This document shows positions 1-9,573 of a stretch of DNA of 64,000 nt, piece by piece (the stretch's first letter is position 1; each line of letters starts with the position of its first letter). Source of the stretch: Rubripirellula sp. (GTDB lineage: Bacteria; Planctomycetota; Planctomycetia; Pirellulales; Pirellulaceae). The stretch lies in NCBI GenBank assembly GCA_965216875.1, contig OZ244207.1:5792001-5856000 (forward strand). The letters are read 5' to 3'. Both the position numbers and the translations under genes were made by a program. The notes beneath the pieces were generated by a model. That model saw nothing but the letters and a program-made list of their open reading frames with translations. It searched no databases and was not told the origin of the DNA.

Positions 1-1
1 G

Positions 2-802
2 AAAGGACTCAAACTGCTCGGCGAAAAGGGAGCTCTGGACAACATCCAAACGCTCTCGCTCGCGTCGTGTGGGTTGGGCGTTCGCTCGGCCGACGTACTG
101 TTTACGGGCAACCAACTCGCTGAGTGCCGATCGCTCAACCTCAGTTACAACCGTGACATGCGTCGCGAGGAAGACGCGCGATTTGTGGACGGTTTGGTGG
201 CCCACGAGCCGCTTTCAAAACTCGAGGTGCTTCGCATCAGCGGTCTGCAACATGGCGACCTGGCGCGACTTGCTCAGTGCAATCGCTTTCACACCCTCAA
301 AGAACTCGAAATCGAAGATGGTCGCTTCTCACCCGAAGACGTGATCGCGATCGGCGCCAGCCCGCTCGCCGATTCCTTGCGACACCTCAAGCTCACCGGC
401 TGTGATCTTCCGCCCAATGTGGTCGGCCAGTTTGGCAAAGGTGCTGTCTTTCCCAATTTGCTTCGACTGACACTTGGCGGTGGCTACGACGACTTCAACC
501 TGATGGATGATGCGTCGGTCACGATGCTGCTTTCTTGCGACGCCTTTCCCAAGCTTCAATCCGTGAACTTGGACCACATGTTTATCAAGACGGACACGTT
601 CATTGAGGTGGCAAAGACGGCCAACGTGCCCGAACTCCGAGAAATCTCGTTCTGCCACAACCGCATGTCGCGCAAAGCAGTCGATGCGGTCATGAATTCG
701 AACAGACTGCCCAAGCTGGCCAAACTCGTCTTGACCGGTGCGAGCGGACTGGGGAACCGCGAAAAACTTCTCAACGATTACGGCTGGCGAACCGCGTTCT
801 AA
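2..802 (+). CDS. Leucine-rich-repeat protein, C-terminal part (5' partial; likely TIGR02996-type LRR protein)
   Basis: Frame is open from base 2. Repeated LxxLxLxx units (LRHLKLTGCDL, FPNLLRLTL, FPKLQSVNL, LPKLAKLVL). Confidence 0.7.
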   Translation, partial: KGLKLLGEKGALDNIQTLSLASCGLGVRSADVLFTGNQLAECRSLNLSYNRDMRREEDARFVDGLVAHEPLSKLEVLRISGLQHGDLARLAQCNRFHTLKELEIEDGRFSPEDVIAIGASPLADSLRHLKLTGCDLPPNVVGQFGKGAVFPNLLRLTLGGGYDDFNLMDDASVTMLLSCDAFPKLQSVNLDHMFIKTDTFIEVAKTANVPELREISFCHNRMSRKAVDAVMNSNRLPKLAKLVLTGASGLGNREKLLNDYGWRTAF

Positions 803-910
803 GACCACTCGCCCTCACCGCGTGTCGCGGGAAGGGAGATGGACAAAAAATGGGGGACAGAATAGGAAGGGGTTTTGACAAACGCACCACATGGTGGTGA
901 TGCGATTGGA

Positions 911-3900
911 TCAGTGGTGGTGTGAGTGATCGCCGAACAGCATGTGCTTCTTGTCGCCCTTGGCGTAGACGTACGCGATCAAGTCCAAGATTTCTTCGCG
1001 CGTCAACTTGTCAAGCAACCCTTGGGGCATCAGTGACACGGTCGACTTCTTACGTGCTTCAATCGCGTCCTTCTCGACCACCGTTGGTTTGCCCTTGGCC
1101 AATGGATTGATCACCAGCTCGATTTCGTCGTCCGTTTCTTTGGTGATCATGCCGGTGATGACTTGGCCATCTTCCATGAGCAATGAAACCGATTGGAATT
1201 TCTCATCGATCTCTTTGGAGGGTTCGAGAATCGATTTTAGGATCGCGACGGTTGTGTGCCGCTCGTCCTTTAGTTCCGCCAGGTCAGGCCCAAAGACGTT
1301 TCCTTCGCCGCCAAGTTTGTGGCACGCCGAACAGGTCGCAACGCGGAACAGTTCGCGTCCGACTTCCCAAGAGCGACCGTGCGGCAACTCCTTCACGTCC
1401 CCTGCTAACTCGTCCAACGTCCATTGGTGGCTCCGGCTGCTCATCTTCAATAGCTCGTCGCGAATCGGCAGCTTCACCTCAGCCAAATAGGCTTCTCGAT
1501 CGGCTTGATAGGCTTCCAAGTCCTTGACAACGTAAAGAGCACCATACATGCGTCGCCAGTGACCTGGGTAAGTGCAAACGTACGGATAAACACCCGGTTC
1601 GCTGGGTGCATCGAACGCGAGAGCCTGGTTTTGTCCCGGCTGCAACAACTTGCTTCCTAACAGAACCTTGTCCGATTCAGGAATGTAGTGACGTGCTTCG
1701 GCACCGGGTTCTCGCGCGGTCTCTTCGGCCAGCTCGCCCACTTCCTGCAGCGCACCAGGTTGAACAATTGCAAAGTTGTGCGGCATCGCATCGGTGTTGC
1801 TGAATCGAAACTCAACCGGTTTGCCCGCTTGAACGGCGATCAGTTCCTTGTCATAGATCATTCGATGGGAAACCGTGCCGATTGCGATCACTCGAACGTT
1901 GAGGTTGCTAAGCCGCTGCTCGACCGCCTTGGCAGCATCGGCCGACAGTTTTGTCGACAGCGAACGTGTGAGCGCCATAGCGTCGGTTGCGGCTGGACCT
2001 GTTCGATAGCGTGCGGGCATTTCGCTCAAGTAACCAACCAAGTTATCGACCAGCGGCCCAATCCCCTTTGCGTTCCAAGCGGCTGCGGGCAAACGACGTA
2101 GCGCCTTGATCGCCGCCGGACGACTACGTCCCTTCGCCACCACACCAGCGAGTGCATTGAATTTGTCGGCATCGCGTCCGGGGATCTCGGCCAATGCAGC
2201 GATCGCGACGTCGTGCAATGTTTCACCGCCACGAATGGAAAGATTCTTTGCCGGAATCGGTTGTTTTCGAAAACCGGGACCACTCCACGCGACACGCAAT
2301 CCATCACCGCCACCGTTGTCAAAGTAGGTCACCACGAGTTTGTGGTTACCAGCTGGAAGCTCAATCGTGCCGCTCTTTTCCGACATCCCATGAAGCCCGT
2401 CGTTGTTGACAACAAGCTTGTCGTTGACGTAGATGCGCGAGCCATCGTCGGACGCGGCAAAGAATTCATAACGTCCCGACTTGGGTGCAAACACCATCCC
2501 GGTGAATCGCAACGCAAAACGATCGTTCTTGGTCTTTTGGGGAACGTTCATCACAATCTCAGGCACAACGCCTGTCGCAGTCGGTTCCATCCGGTCAAGT
2601 GTTTCGATCGCAACGTTGCTCGCACTTGGGAAATAGAACTCGACGTGAATCCCCGATTCCTGCATCTCCGATGAGTTGGCTTCCGCAGCAAAATTCGTTG
2701 GCAACTCATCAATCAATGGGCGAACTTTGTCGAAGAGCTGACCTCGAACCGACGGATCGACCGAGGGAACGGCATCCAAAAAGTCGCGCAGGTTTTCTTT
2801 GTTCTTCGATGCTGCGAGGAAAGCATCATCCGGTCCAGCGGCGGCCACCCAAGCTGCGTAACCAAGGCGTTTCAATTCAGTCGATTCGCCCTTGACCGCA
2901 ATCGACTCGATTTTTCGACGAACCGTTTGCAGCTTCTCAGGTGGCTGGCGAATCATCAGTTGCCCAAGACCGATCACGTTGCTGTCGCCGCTTTCACGCG
3001 CGTCATCGATCAGTTGCATCAAGACATCAAGCGGTTCTTTGCCCGTTACCTCGGCGAGTCCCGAGAGTGCACCGGTCAACACATCGATCCCAGCGTTCTG
3101 CCGCCCGAGCAGCGCTCGGTAGACCGCCTCGTCTTTTTCCATTTTCAACAGATCGTTGATGCTCGCGTTGCGAAGAGCGTATGCCTTGCCGGCTGGACTT
3201 AGTTTCGAACCTGAGGCAACCGCATCACGCACCACCGCATCGATGTTGAACGTTTGCTTTGCATACGCGACGATCCGTTCCATTTCGGGGTCCATCGGTC
3301 GCGTTGCTGCTTCAAACACCACCTCCTGGAGCGAAGGCTCAGCGAATTCGACGGCTGACTTCAATGCTTCGGCGCGAACAAGTGCTGACGAGTCGCGCGC
3401 CGCACGGAGAAGCAAGGGCTCCCATTGAACGTGCGCGAGCTTTGGCGCCCAATGCCCGAGGGTTCGGATCGCCGCAGCGCGAACGCGCGGCTCTTCGGCT
3501 CCAAAAACTTTCGACAGCAATTCAAAATTCGGAATCCGCTGTTCTTCGAAGACCCAGAGGCATTCAAGCAACGCCTGCGCCTCATCGCGATCCCGTGCAA
3601 CATTCTTTGTATCGAGCGAATCGGCAAACGACTGCACCTCGGTGATGATGTCGCTCGCTGATCGCGAGGTGAGTTCCAATCGAGCCCGATAGCGCGTCCC
3701 GTTGTCGCGAGCAAAAAAGTTTTCGCACACTTCTTGGATCGGTTTACCCTTCATCTTTGCTGGCTCGCGCAAAGGGCTGCCCGACTTGGTGACTCGATAA
3801 ATCCGACCATGTTCGTGATCGCGGTTCGGATCACGCATGTTGTGTTGCATGTGCCCGATCAGGACGTTGTGCCAATCGGAGACGTAGAGCGCGCCGTCAC

Positions 3901-5899
3901 CACCCACTTCGACGTCACTTGGCCGAAAGTTCGGGTCCGACGAATACAGGATCGGCTCGATTTCGGTTGCCGTGATGTCCGCGCCGTCATAGTTGACCTT
4001 GTGCTGCAGGACACCAAGAAACGTGATCGTGTTGCAGATCAAAAAGTTGCCTTCGTGATCGTCACCAAAGTGGTCGCCCGACAGCAGACCGGTTCCGGCG
4101 ACAGGGCGAACACGTTTTTCGAACCATTGCTTGTTGCCGATCCCCTTGCCAATGTTGACATAGGAACCTGTCCCACTGGTCCCGTCGTTTGCAAATTGAA
4201 ATCCCCATCGGTCAAAAACGTCACCGTGCGGATTAGGTCCGATCGGAAAATGAAACTCAAACTCGAACGTGCGCGGGTTGAAGCGATGCACGCCGCTTTG
4301 ACCACTGCGAAACGTCCTCGTCGGCGTTTCGAAGTTGGCCACGTTAAAGATCCCGCGTGACCAATACATCCAACCATCGGGGCCGATCAAGACAGCGTTT
4401 GCCGAATGGTGCGTGTCAGCACTCGAGACTCCCTGCAACATGCGGATCTTTTGGTCCGCGCGATCGTCGCCGTCCGTGTCTTTCAAGAACCAGATCTCAG
4501 GTGGTGCCGCAACCAACACACCTCCGTTCCAAAACTCAAACCCTGTGACGCTATTGAGTTCATCGGCAAACACAATGAGTTCATCGGCGACGCCGTCCTT
4601 GTCCTCGTCTGGCAAGATCACGATTGCATCACGCGCCGTTTCCGTCGGGTTCCAATGCGGATACGAAGGCCACACCGAACACCACAAACGACTGTCAGTA
4701 TCGACGGCCATTTGGACGGGGTTCACCAGCCTTGGAAACATCTCTTCGGAAGCAAAGACGTTGACTTCCATGCCCGAATGGATCGTCATTTTGTCGATCC
4801 CCTCTTTCGCGCCGGTGTAAGGCCAGGCGCCTTCGTCGAGCGGCCCTTGCTTGTTGGTTTCGACGACCAATTCCTTAGGCAGGTTGTCATCCTTAATCTC
4901 AAGGTCGCCGCCGCCCGCGATCGCCCAGATACGTTTGTCGCGGTTCGCAGTCATCACATCGAAGATTTCCATCTCGCGACGCATCACATCGGCGTTGGAT
5001 TGCCCGTGCCAATTCAACCGCGAGCGACCGCCAAACACGTTGTAGCCGTCAACAACGCGGTAACGGCTAAACCAGTGGTAGTTTTTGTCGAGCACCGCTT
5101 CACGAAGTTTGCTGACATCACTTGGAATCGATTGGCCCGGAAAAAGCTTGCCGATCACGTGTTTGGCAATCGCTTGGTTACCGTGATCAAGCAAATGGAT
5201 GCCATTCATGGTCAGCGGCTTGGTCGAGTTTTCGTACAAGCCCTTCGATGGCCCAAAAACATCAATGAAAGTGACCTCTTTGGACTCACAAACCTTTTTC
5301 ATCGCCGCTGTGTATTTGGCAAGCTTGGCGTTGTTCTCGATACCATCGGGAAGGTGGGGGCTATACAGATTCTCGTGAGCAATCGGTGAAACGATCACCA
5401 GCCGCGGCGGCGAAGATCCGTTGTACTTTTGCCCCCGCATCTCATCGATCATGCCCGCAAGGTCACTTTCGAACCCTGCAAGCCCGCCGTCACCGCGCAG
5501 CGCTTCGTTGTATCCGAAGAAACAAAAGACCACGTCCGCTTTGCACTTTTCCAACCACTGATTCGGACTTCCAAAGTCTTGTGAGCGCGGTCGCACGCGA
5601 ACTTCATCGCCCGAGAAGCCCAAGTTGCGAAACGTCAATTCGTGGGTGGGATGCAACGCATGCAGGTAGGTCTCGAGCCATGCATGGTGTTGCATTCGAT
5701 CGGCCATGGTGTTGCCGATGTAGGCGATGTGATCACCTTTTCGAAGCTCGAGGGGAGGCGTGTCGGCCTGAGCAGGCAAGCTGGTGGAACCGGCAAGGCA
5801 GACGGGCAGAATGAATACCGAAAGCAGGGTTCGGCGAAAGCATGAAACCACGGGAGCGATCCAGAAAACGTGGAAAGGACTGCCGCTGGGCAGGACCAA
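911..5899 (-). CDS. PVC-type heme-binding multidomain protein: SGNH + dehydrogenase-type beta-propeller + HEAT + PA14 + cupredoxin + cytochrome c
   Basis: IGNT/FRNLGFSG/NGIH SGNH-like blocks; FASEEMFPRLVNPVQM and FRPSDVEVGGDGALYVSDW propeller; ASDDGSRIYV PA14; MPHN...CTYPGHWRRM type-1 Cu site; CSACH and SLMPQGL cytochrome c. Start codon uncertain. Confidence 0.85.
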   Translation of the reverse strand: MVLPSGSPFHVFWIAPVVSCFRRTLLSVFILPVCLAGSTSLPAQADTPPLELRKGDHIAYIGNTMADRMQHHAWLETYLHALHPTHELTFRNLGFSGDEVRVRPRSQDFGSPNQWLEKCKADVVFCFFGYNEALRGDGGLAGFESDLAGMIDEMRGQKYNGSSPPRLVIVSPIAHENLYSPHLPDGIENNAKLAKYTAAMKKVCESKEVTFIDVFGPSKGLYENSTKPLTMNGIHLLDHGNQAIAKHVIGKLFPGQSIPSDVSKLREAVLDKNYHWFSRYRVVDGYNVFGGRSRLNWHGQSNADVMRREMEIFDVMTANRDKRIWAIAGGGDLEIKDDNLPKELVVETNKQGPLDEGAWPYTGAKEGIDKMTIHSGMEVNVFASEEMFPRLVNPVQMAVDTDSRLWCSVWPSYPHWNPTETARDAIVILPDEDKDGVADELIVFADELNSVTGFEFWNGGVLVAAPPEIWFLKDTDGDDRADQKIRMLQGVSSADTHHSANAVLIGPDGWMYWSRGIFNVANFETPTRTFRSGQSGVHRFNPRTFEFEFHFPIGPNPHGDVFDRWGFQFANDGTSGTGSYVNIGKGIGNKQWFEKRVRPVAGTGLLSGDHFGDDHEGNFLICNTITFLGVLQHKVNYDGADITATEIEPILYSSDPNFRPSDVEVGGDGALYVSDWHNVLIGHMQHNMRDPNRDHEHGRIYRVTKSGSPLREPAKMKGKPIQEVCENFFARDNGTRYRARLELTSRSASDIITEVQSFADSLDTKNVARDRDEAQALLECLWVFEEQRIPNFELLSKVFGAEEPRVRAAAIRTLGHWAPKLAHVQWEPLLLRAARDSSALVRAEALKSAVEFAEPSLQEVVFEAATRPMDPEMERIVAYAKQTFNIDAVVRDAVASGSKLSPAGKAYALRNASINDLLKMEKDEAVYRALLGRQNAGIDVLTGALSGLAEVTGKEPLDVLMQLIDDARESGDSNVIGLGQLMIRQPPEKLQTVRRKIESIAVKGESTELKRLGYAAWVAAAGPDDAFLAASKNKENLRDFLDAVPSVDPSVRGQLFDKVRPLIDELPTNFAAEANSSEMQESGIHVEFYFPSASNVAIETLDRMEPTATGVVPEIVMNVPQKTKNDRFALRFTGMVFAPKSGRYEFFAASDDGSRIYVNDKLVVNNDGLHGMSEKSGTIELPAGNHKLVVTYFDNGGGDGLRVAWSGPGFRKQPIPAKNLSIRGGETLHDVAIAALAEIPGRDADKFNALAGVVAKGRSRPAAIKALRRLPAAAWNAKGIGPLVDNLVGYLSEMPARYRTGPAATDAMALTRSLSTKLSADAAKAVEQRLSNLNVRVIAIGTVSHRMIYDKELIAVQAGKPVEFRFSNTDAMPHNFAIVQPGALQEVGELAEETAREPGAEARHYIPESDKVLLGSKLLQPGQNQALAFDAPSEPGVYPYVCTYPGHWRRMYGALYVVKDLEAYQADREAYLAEVKLPIRDELLKMSSRSHQWTLDELAGDVKELPHGRSWEVGRELFRVATCSACHKLGGEGNVFGPDLAELKDERHTTVAILKSILEPSKEIDEKFQSVSLLMEDGQVITGMITKETDDEIELVINPLAKGKPTVVEKDAIEARKKSTVSLMPQGLLDKLTREEILDLIAYVYAKGDKKHMLFGDHSHHH

Positions 5900-6151
5900 T
5901 CTTGAAAAGGTCGTTGGTTGGGGTGGGCAACACCACTTGCGAAGTCAGTCTTGGAAGCAAGCCTTGACTGGCGCGACGGCGGGGAGCGGTATTGTAGCTC
6001 TGTTAGATCGGCGAGTCAGTCATCTTTTCTGACACTGTTCGCGATCGATTTAGCGGTACGTTCGGCAACGAGGTTTGACCATGTTCGTGCTTTGGGACCC
6101 CGGTCGTGATAAACTTCAGCCGATAAGAATCCCACCTCCGCGACGACAAAC

Positions 6152-7546
6152 ATGAAACCAACATCCACCAAATTGGCCCTCCTTGCCCTTGCAATCTTGA
6201 TCTCGCCAGCCAACGTTTTCGGCCAGGAATCCAAGGCGAAACCACAAGACGCGACACAAACCGATACACCCGCCGAAGCGTTCAAGCTACCGGCAACAGA
6301 CGACGGGCTTGCCGGCGCCGGCACGATCCGACGTGCCAACTGGTTCCAGAACGTGTGGCGAAAACGCCGGCAAGCGTTCCTGGACAACCAAGACCAACAC
6401 AACGGTGGCATCGTTTTCTTGGGTGATTCGATCACGCAGGGTTGGAGCGACAACTTCCGAGACGACTTTGCCGATGCCAACGTCAGCGTTGCGAATCGTG
6501 GCATCAGTGGCGACACCACGCGGGGCATGCTGCTTCGATTGAAAGAAGATGTCCTAAGCCTGTCGCCTTCCACCGTGGTGATGTTGATGGGGACGAACGA
6601 TCTTGAAGAACGCGATGACCCCACAACGATCGCTGGCAATGTTGAATTGATTGTCGATGCGATCAAAGCCAACGATGCCAAGACACACATCGTTCTTTGC
6701 CAAGTCTTTCCTAGCAGCAGCACGAAGAGTCGTCCGGCCAGCGAGATCAAAGAACTCAACCGACTCTACCAGGCGCTTGCCAAGAACGATCCGGCAATCA
6801 CCGTCGTTGACACGTGGACCTTGTTTGCAAATGACAAAGGGGACGCCAAAAAAGAAGAGTTCCCCGATCTGCTGCACCCCAACCACCTCGGTTACGCAAA
6901 ATGGAAAGCCGCGATTCGACCTGTATTCGCAACGCTCGGCTTGACCGAAACCGACTCGGATGACTTTGAGATCGAAAGCGGTTACCGAAGCCTCTTCAAT
7001 GGCACTGATTTGTCAGGCTGGGGCTATCGCCCGACGAGCGAAAAAATGATTCGCGGTCGCAACCGCTGGCTCAACAACAATCCCAACGCGCCGGCTTGGC
7101 CGATCGTCAAGAAAGCCGTCAACTTCGACAACAAGGCGAGTTCGCCCGATGGACGTTACCGAGCCATCAATGGTCGTCTCGTTGTGACCACCCCGCCGGA
7201 AGGACGTAAGATCCAACAGCTTTGGACGACCGAAGAGTTCTCAGGCAACATGACACTCAAGCTCGAGTTCCGCGCCACGCCCAACGCGGACAGCGGCGTC
7301 TTTCTGCGTGAGCCGCAATTGCAATGCCGTGATTTCGTCCTCGCAGGTCCTTACAAAGACCTTAAAGAATACCGCCCACAAGATTGGAATGAATTAGTCG
7401 TTGTGATTCGCGATGGAAAAGCGCATTGCACCTGCAACGGCGAAGTCATTGAAGAGGCCTTCAACGTTCCTGAGTCGGGGCCAATCGGACTTGAAGGAGA
7501 CCGTGGGCAAATGGAATACCGCCGCATCCGTGTCAAACAAGACTAG
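6152..7546 (+). CDS. Secreted GDSL/SGNH esterase fused to a DUF1080 (3-keto-glycoside hydrolase-like) domain
   Basis: Signal peptide; FLGDSIT, NRGISGD, GTND, DLLHP; then SLFNGTDLSGW...ADSGVFLR...GPIGLE...YRRIRVK. Confidence 0.85.
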   Translation: MKPTSTKLALLALAILISPANVFGQESKAKPQDATQTDTPAEAFKLPATDDGLAGAGTIRRANWFQNVWRKRRQAFLDNQDQHNGGIVFLGDSITQGWSDNFRDDFADANVSVANRGISGDTTRGMLLRLKEDVLSLSPSTVVMLMGTNDLEERDDPTTIAGNVELIVDAIKANDAKTHIVLCQVFPSSSTKSRPASEIKELNRLYQALAKNDPAITVVDTWTLFANDKGDAKKEEFPDLLHPNHLGYAKWKAAIRPVFATLGLTETDSDDFEIESGYRSLFNGTDLSGWGYRPTSEKMIRGRNRWLNNNPNAPAWPIVKKAVNFDNKASSPDGRYRAINGRLVVTTPPEGRKIQQLWTTEEFSGNMTLKLEFRATPNADSGVFLREPQLQCRDFVLAGPYKDLKEYRPQDWNELVVVIRDGKAHCTCNGEVIEEAFNVPESGPIGLEGDRGQMEYRRIRVKQD

Positions 7547-8079
7547 TGCTGTTGGCGGCACTCGAAACGTCAGGCGGACTCGGCCAGGACATCATGATTT
7601 GGTCCGTCCGCCTCGCTGTCGTTTGCTATTTGCTTCGTTTGGTTGGACTCGTCCGATGCTTGCCCGATCGCCAACCGACGACCTTTCAATTGACCGCCTG
7701 GTTGTTGGGCTGTGGGCTGTACATCCTGCATGTTGCGATGGCCTTTGAGGTCGTCCATGGCTGGAGCCACGGCGCCGCTGTTAGCCACACCGCGGAAGAG
7801 ACCTTTCGGGTGACCGGCATTCGTCGCGGTGAAGGGGTCTGGGTGAACTACCTCTTCACGCTGGTTTGGATCATCGATTGTGTCCGGCTCGCGAACGCGA
7901 AACTTCAATCCAAGCCGACATCACTCGCGATCGACGTCGCGATACAACTCTTCTTTGCGTTTATCGTCTTCAACGCCACGGTCGTTTTTGGCCCTGCGAT
8001 CTATCGTTACCTTGCGCTTCCCATCGGGATTGGGTTTGCGATCGCCGCACTTGCCCACAAGCACCGGCCAACGAATTAG
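7546..8079 (+). CDS. Hypothetical integral membrane protein (about 5 TM helices, His-rich loop)
   Basis: Hydrophobic helices; overlaps the upstream stop by 1 nt; LHVAMAFEVVHGWSHGAAVSHTA. Confidence 0.65.
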   Translation: MLLAALETSGGLGQDIMIWSVRLAVVCYLLRLVGLVRCLPDRQPTTFQLTAWLLGCGLYILHVAMAFEVVHGWSHGAAVSHTAEETFRVTGIRRGEGVWVNYLFTLVWIIDCVRLANAKLQSKPTSLAIDVAIQLFFAFIVFNATVVFGPAIYRYLALPIGIGFAIAALAHKHRPTN

Positions 8080-8181
8080 AATCAAGTTTCCTTCCTGTGA
8101 TTCGAATTCAACCTCGAGCACACTCGGGATCCCACATCCCCACCCACCAAGCCAGTTTCTTCGGCAAGCGAGATTCGCGTC

Positions 8182-9573
8182 ATGGCTACCTGCTTTCGTG
8201 CTACCTTCTTTCGTGCTGCTTTCGCAGCAATGGTGATGGCACTTGCATTGGGCGCGTCGGCGTCCAATGCGGATCCTCCTGCTTCGATTGCGACCTTCGA
8301 CATCGACTGCACACCACCAGTCGGATTCATGATGGCGTACGATCGCGTCAAGCGGGTAGAAGAACTTGGTTTGCGTTGTCGCGGCATCGTGATCAGTGGA
8401 GCGGGCAAGCCGGTTGTTCTTTGCGCTGTCGATTGGATAGGGATTGGCAATGGCGCTCACGATGCCTTTCGCGACCGTATCGCCACTGCTGCTGGCACAA
8501 CACGAGAGCGTGTCGCGGTTCATACGCTTCACCAACATGATGCGCCGCGCTGCGATTTCACGGCCGAGCGATTGCTTCACCAAATAGGCGCCAGTGACTT
8601 GGGAGCGCACGATGGCTCGTTTGCACGCGAAGTCCTTGACCGGCTCGAAGAAGCAATCGGCGATTCGCTAGCGTCGTCTCGCACCATCACCCATGCCGGC
8701 ATCGGCACTGCAACCGTCGAAGGGGTCGCAAGCAATCGCCGAGTGCTTGGCGACGACGGAAAGGTGGTCGCAACTCGATACACCACCACGCGAGATCCAA
8801 AACTACGTGCACTTCCAGACGGCGTGATTGACCCGATCGTCAGTTCGCTGACTTTCTACAACCAAGACCAGCCGATCGCTGTCTTGACCTACTACGCGTG
8901 CCACCCGCAAAGCTACTACCGCACGGGTGTTCCCAGTCCCGACTTTCCTGGCATCGCTCGCATCATGCGTGGTCAAGATGTTCCCGACGTGTTGCACGTC
9001 CATTTCAATGGCGCTGGTGGAAACATCGGGGCGGGAAAGTACAACGACGGCAACAAGAAAAACCGGATGATTTTGGCAACACGATTGGCTGATGGAATGC
9101 GGCGTGCTTATGAATCGACGAAGCGATTCAAGGTCGACGCCGAGTCATTTGATTGGCAGGCGGTGCCGGTCGCCTTGCCACTTGGCAAACACCTTGATCG
9201 CGAAACGCTTGAAACCAACCTTACGAAGTGGAACTCAAAAGACTACTGGGGCAGCCCCGAACAACTCGCTTGGGTCATTCGCAGCGAGAGCGGGCACAAG
9301 ATTGACTTGGGCTGCTTGTCCGTTGGCGACGCGCGCGTGTTGCACCTACCAGGCGAACTGTTTGTCGAGTACCAACTCGCGGCTAAAGCGATGCGTCCCG
9401 ACCTGCAAGTGATGATGGCGGCTTACGGCGACTACGGCCCGGGCTACATCGGCACCGACATCGCTTACGGCCAAGGCGGCTATGAAACAAGCCAACCCGC
9501 ATCCAAGGTCGCTCCTGGTGTCGAAAAGGTCTTGATGGATGGCATGAAACAACTCCTGGAAGTGAAAGAATGA
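8182..9573 (+). CDS. Secreted neutral/alkaline ceramidase-like hydrolase
   Basis: Signal peptide; HTLHQHDAP, YACHP, GAGGNI, LPGELFVEY and YIGT motifs typical of this family. Confidence 0.7.
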   Translation: MATCFRATFFRAAFAAMVMALALGASASNADPPASIATFDIDCTPPVGFMMAYDRVKRVEELGLRCRGIVISGAGKPVVLCAVDWIGIGNGAHDAFRDRIATAAGTTRERVAVHTLHQHDAPRCDFTAERLLHQIGASDLGAHDGSFAREVLDRLEEAIGDSLASSRTITHAGIGTATVEGVASNRRVLGDDGKVVATRYTTTRDPKLRALPDGVIDPIVSSLTFYNQDQPIAVLTYYACHPQSYYRTGVPSPDFPGIARIMRGQDVPDVLHVHFNGAGGNIGAGKYNDGNKKNRMILATRLADGMRRAYESTKRFKVDAESFDWQAVPVALPLGKHLDRETLETNLTKWNSKDYWGSPEQLAWVIRSESGHKIDLGCLSVGDARVLHLPGELFVEYQLAAKAMRPDLQVMMAAYGDYGPGYIGTDIAYGQGGYETSQPASKVAPGVEKVLMDGMKQLLEVKE

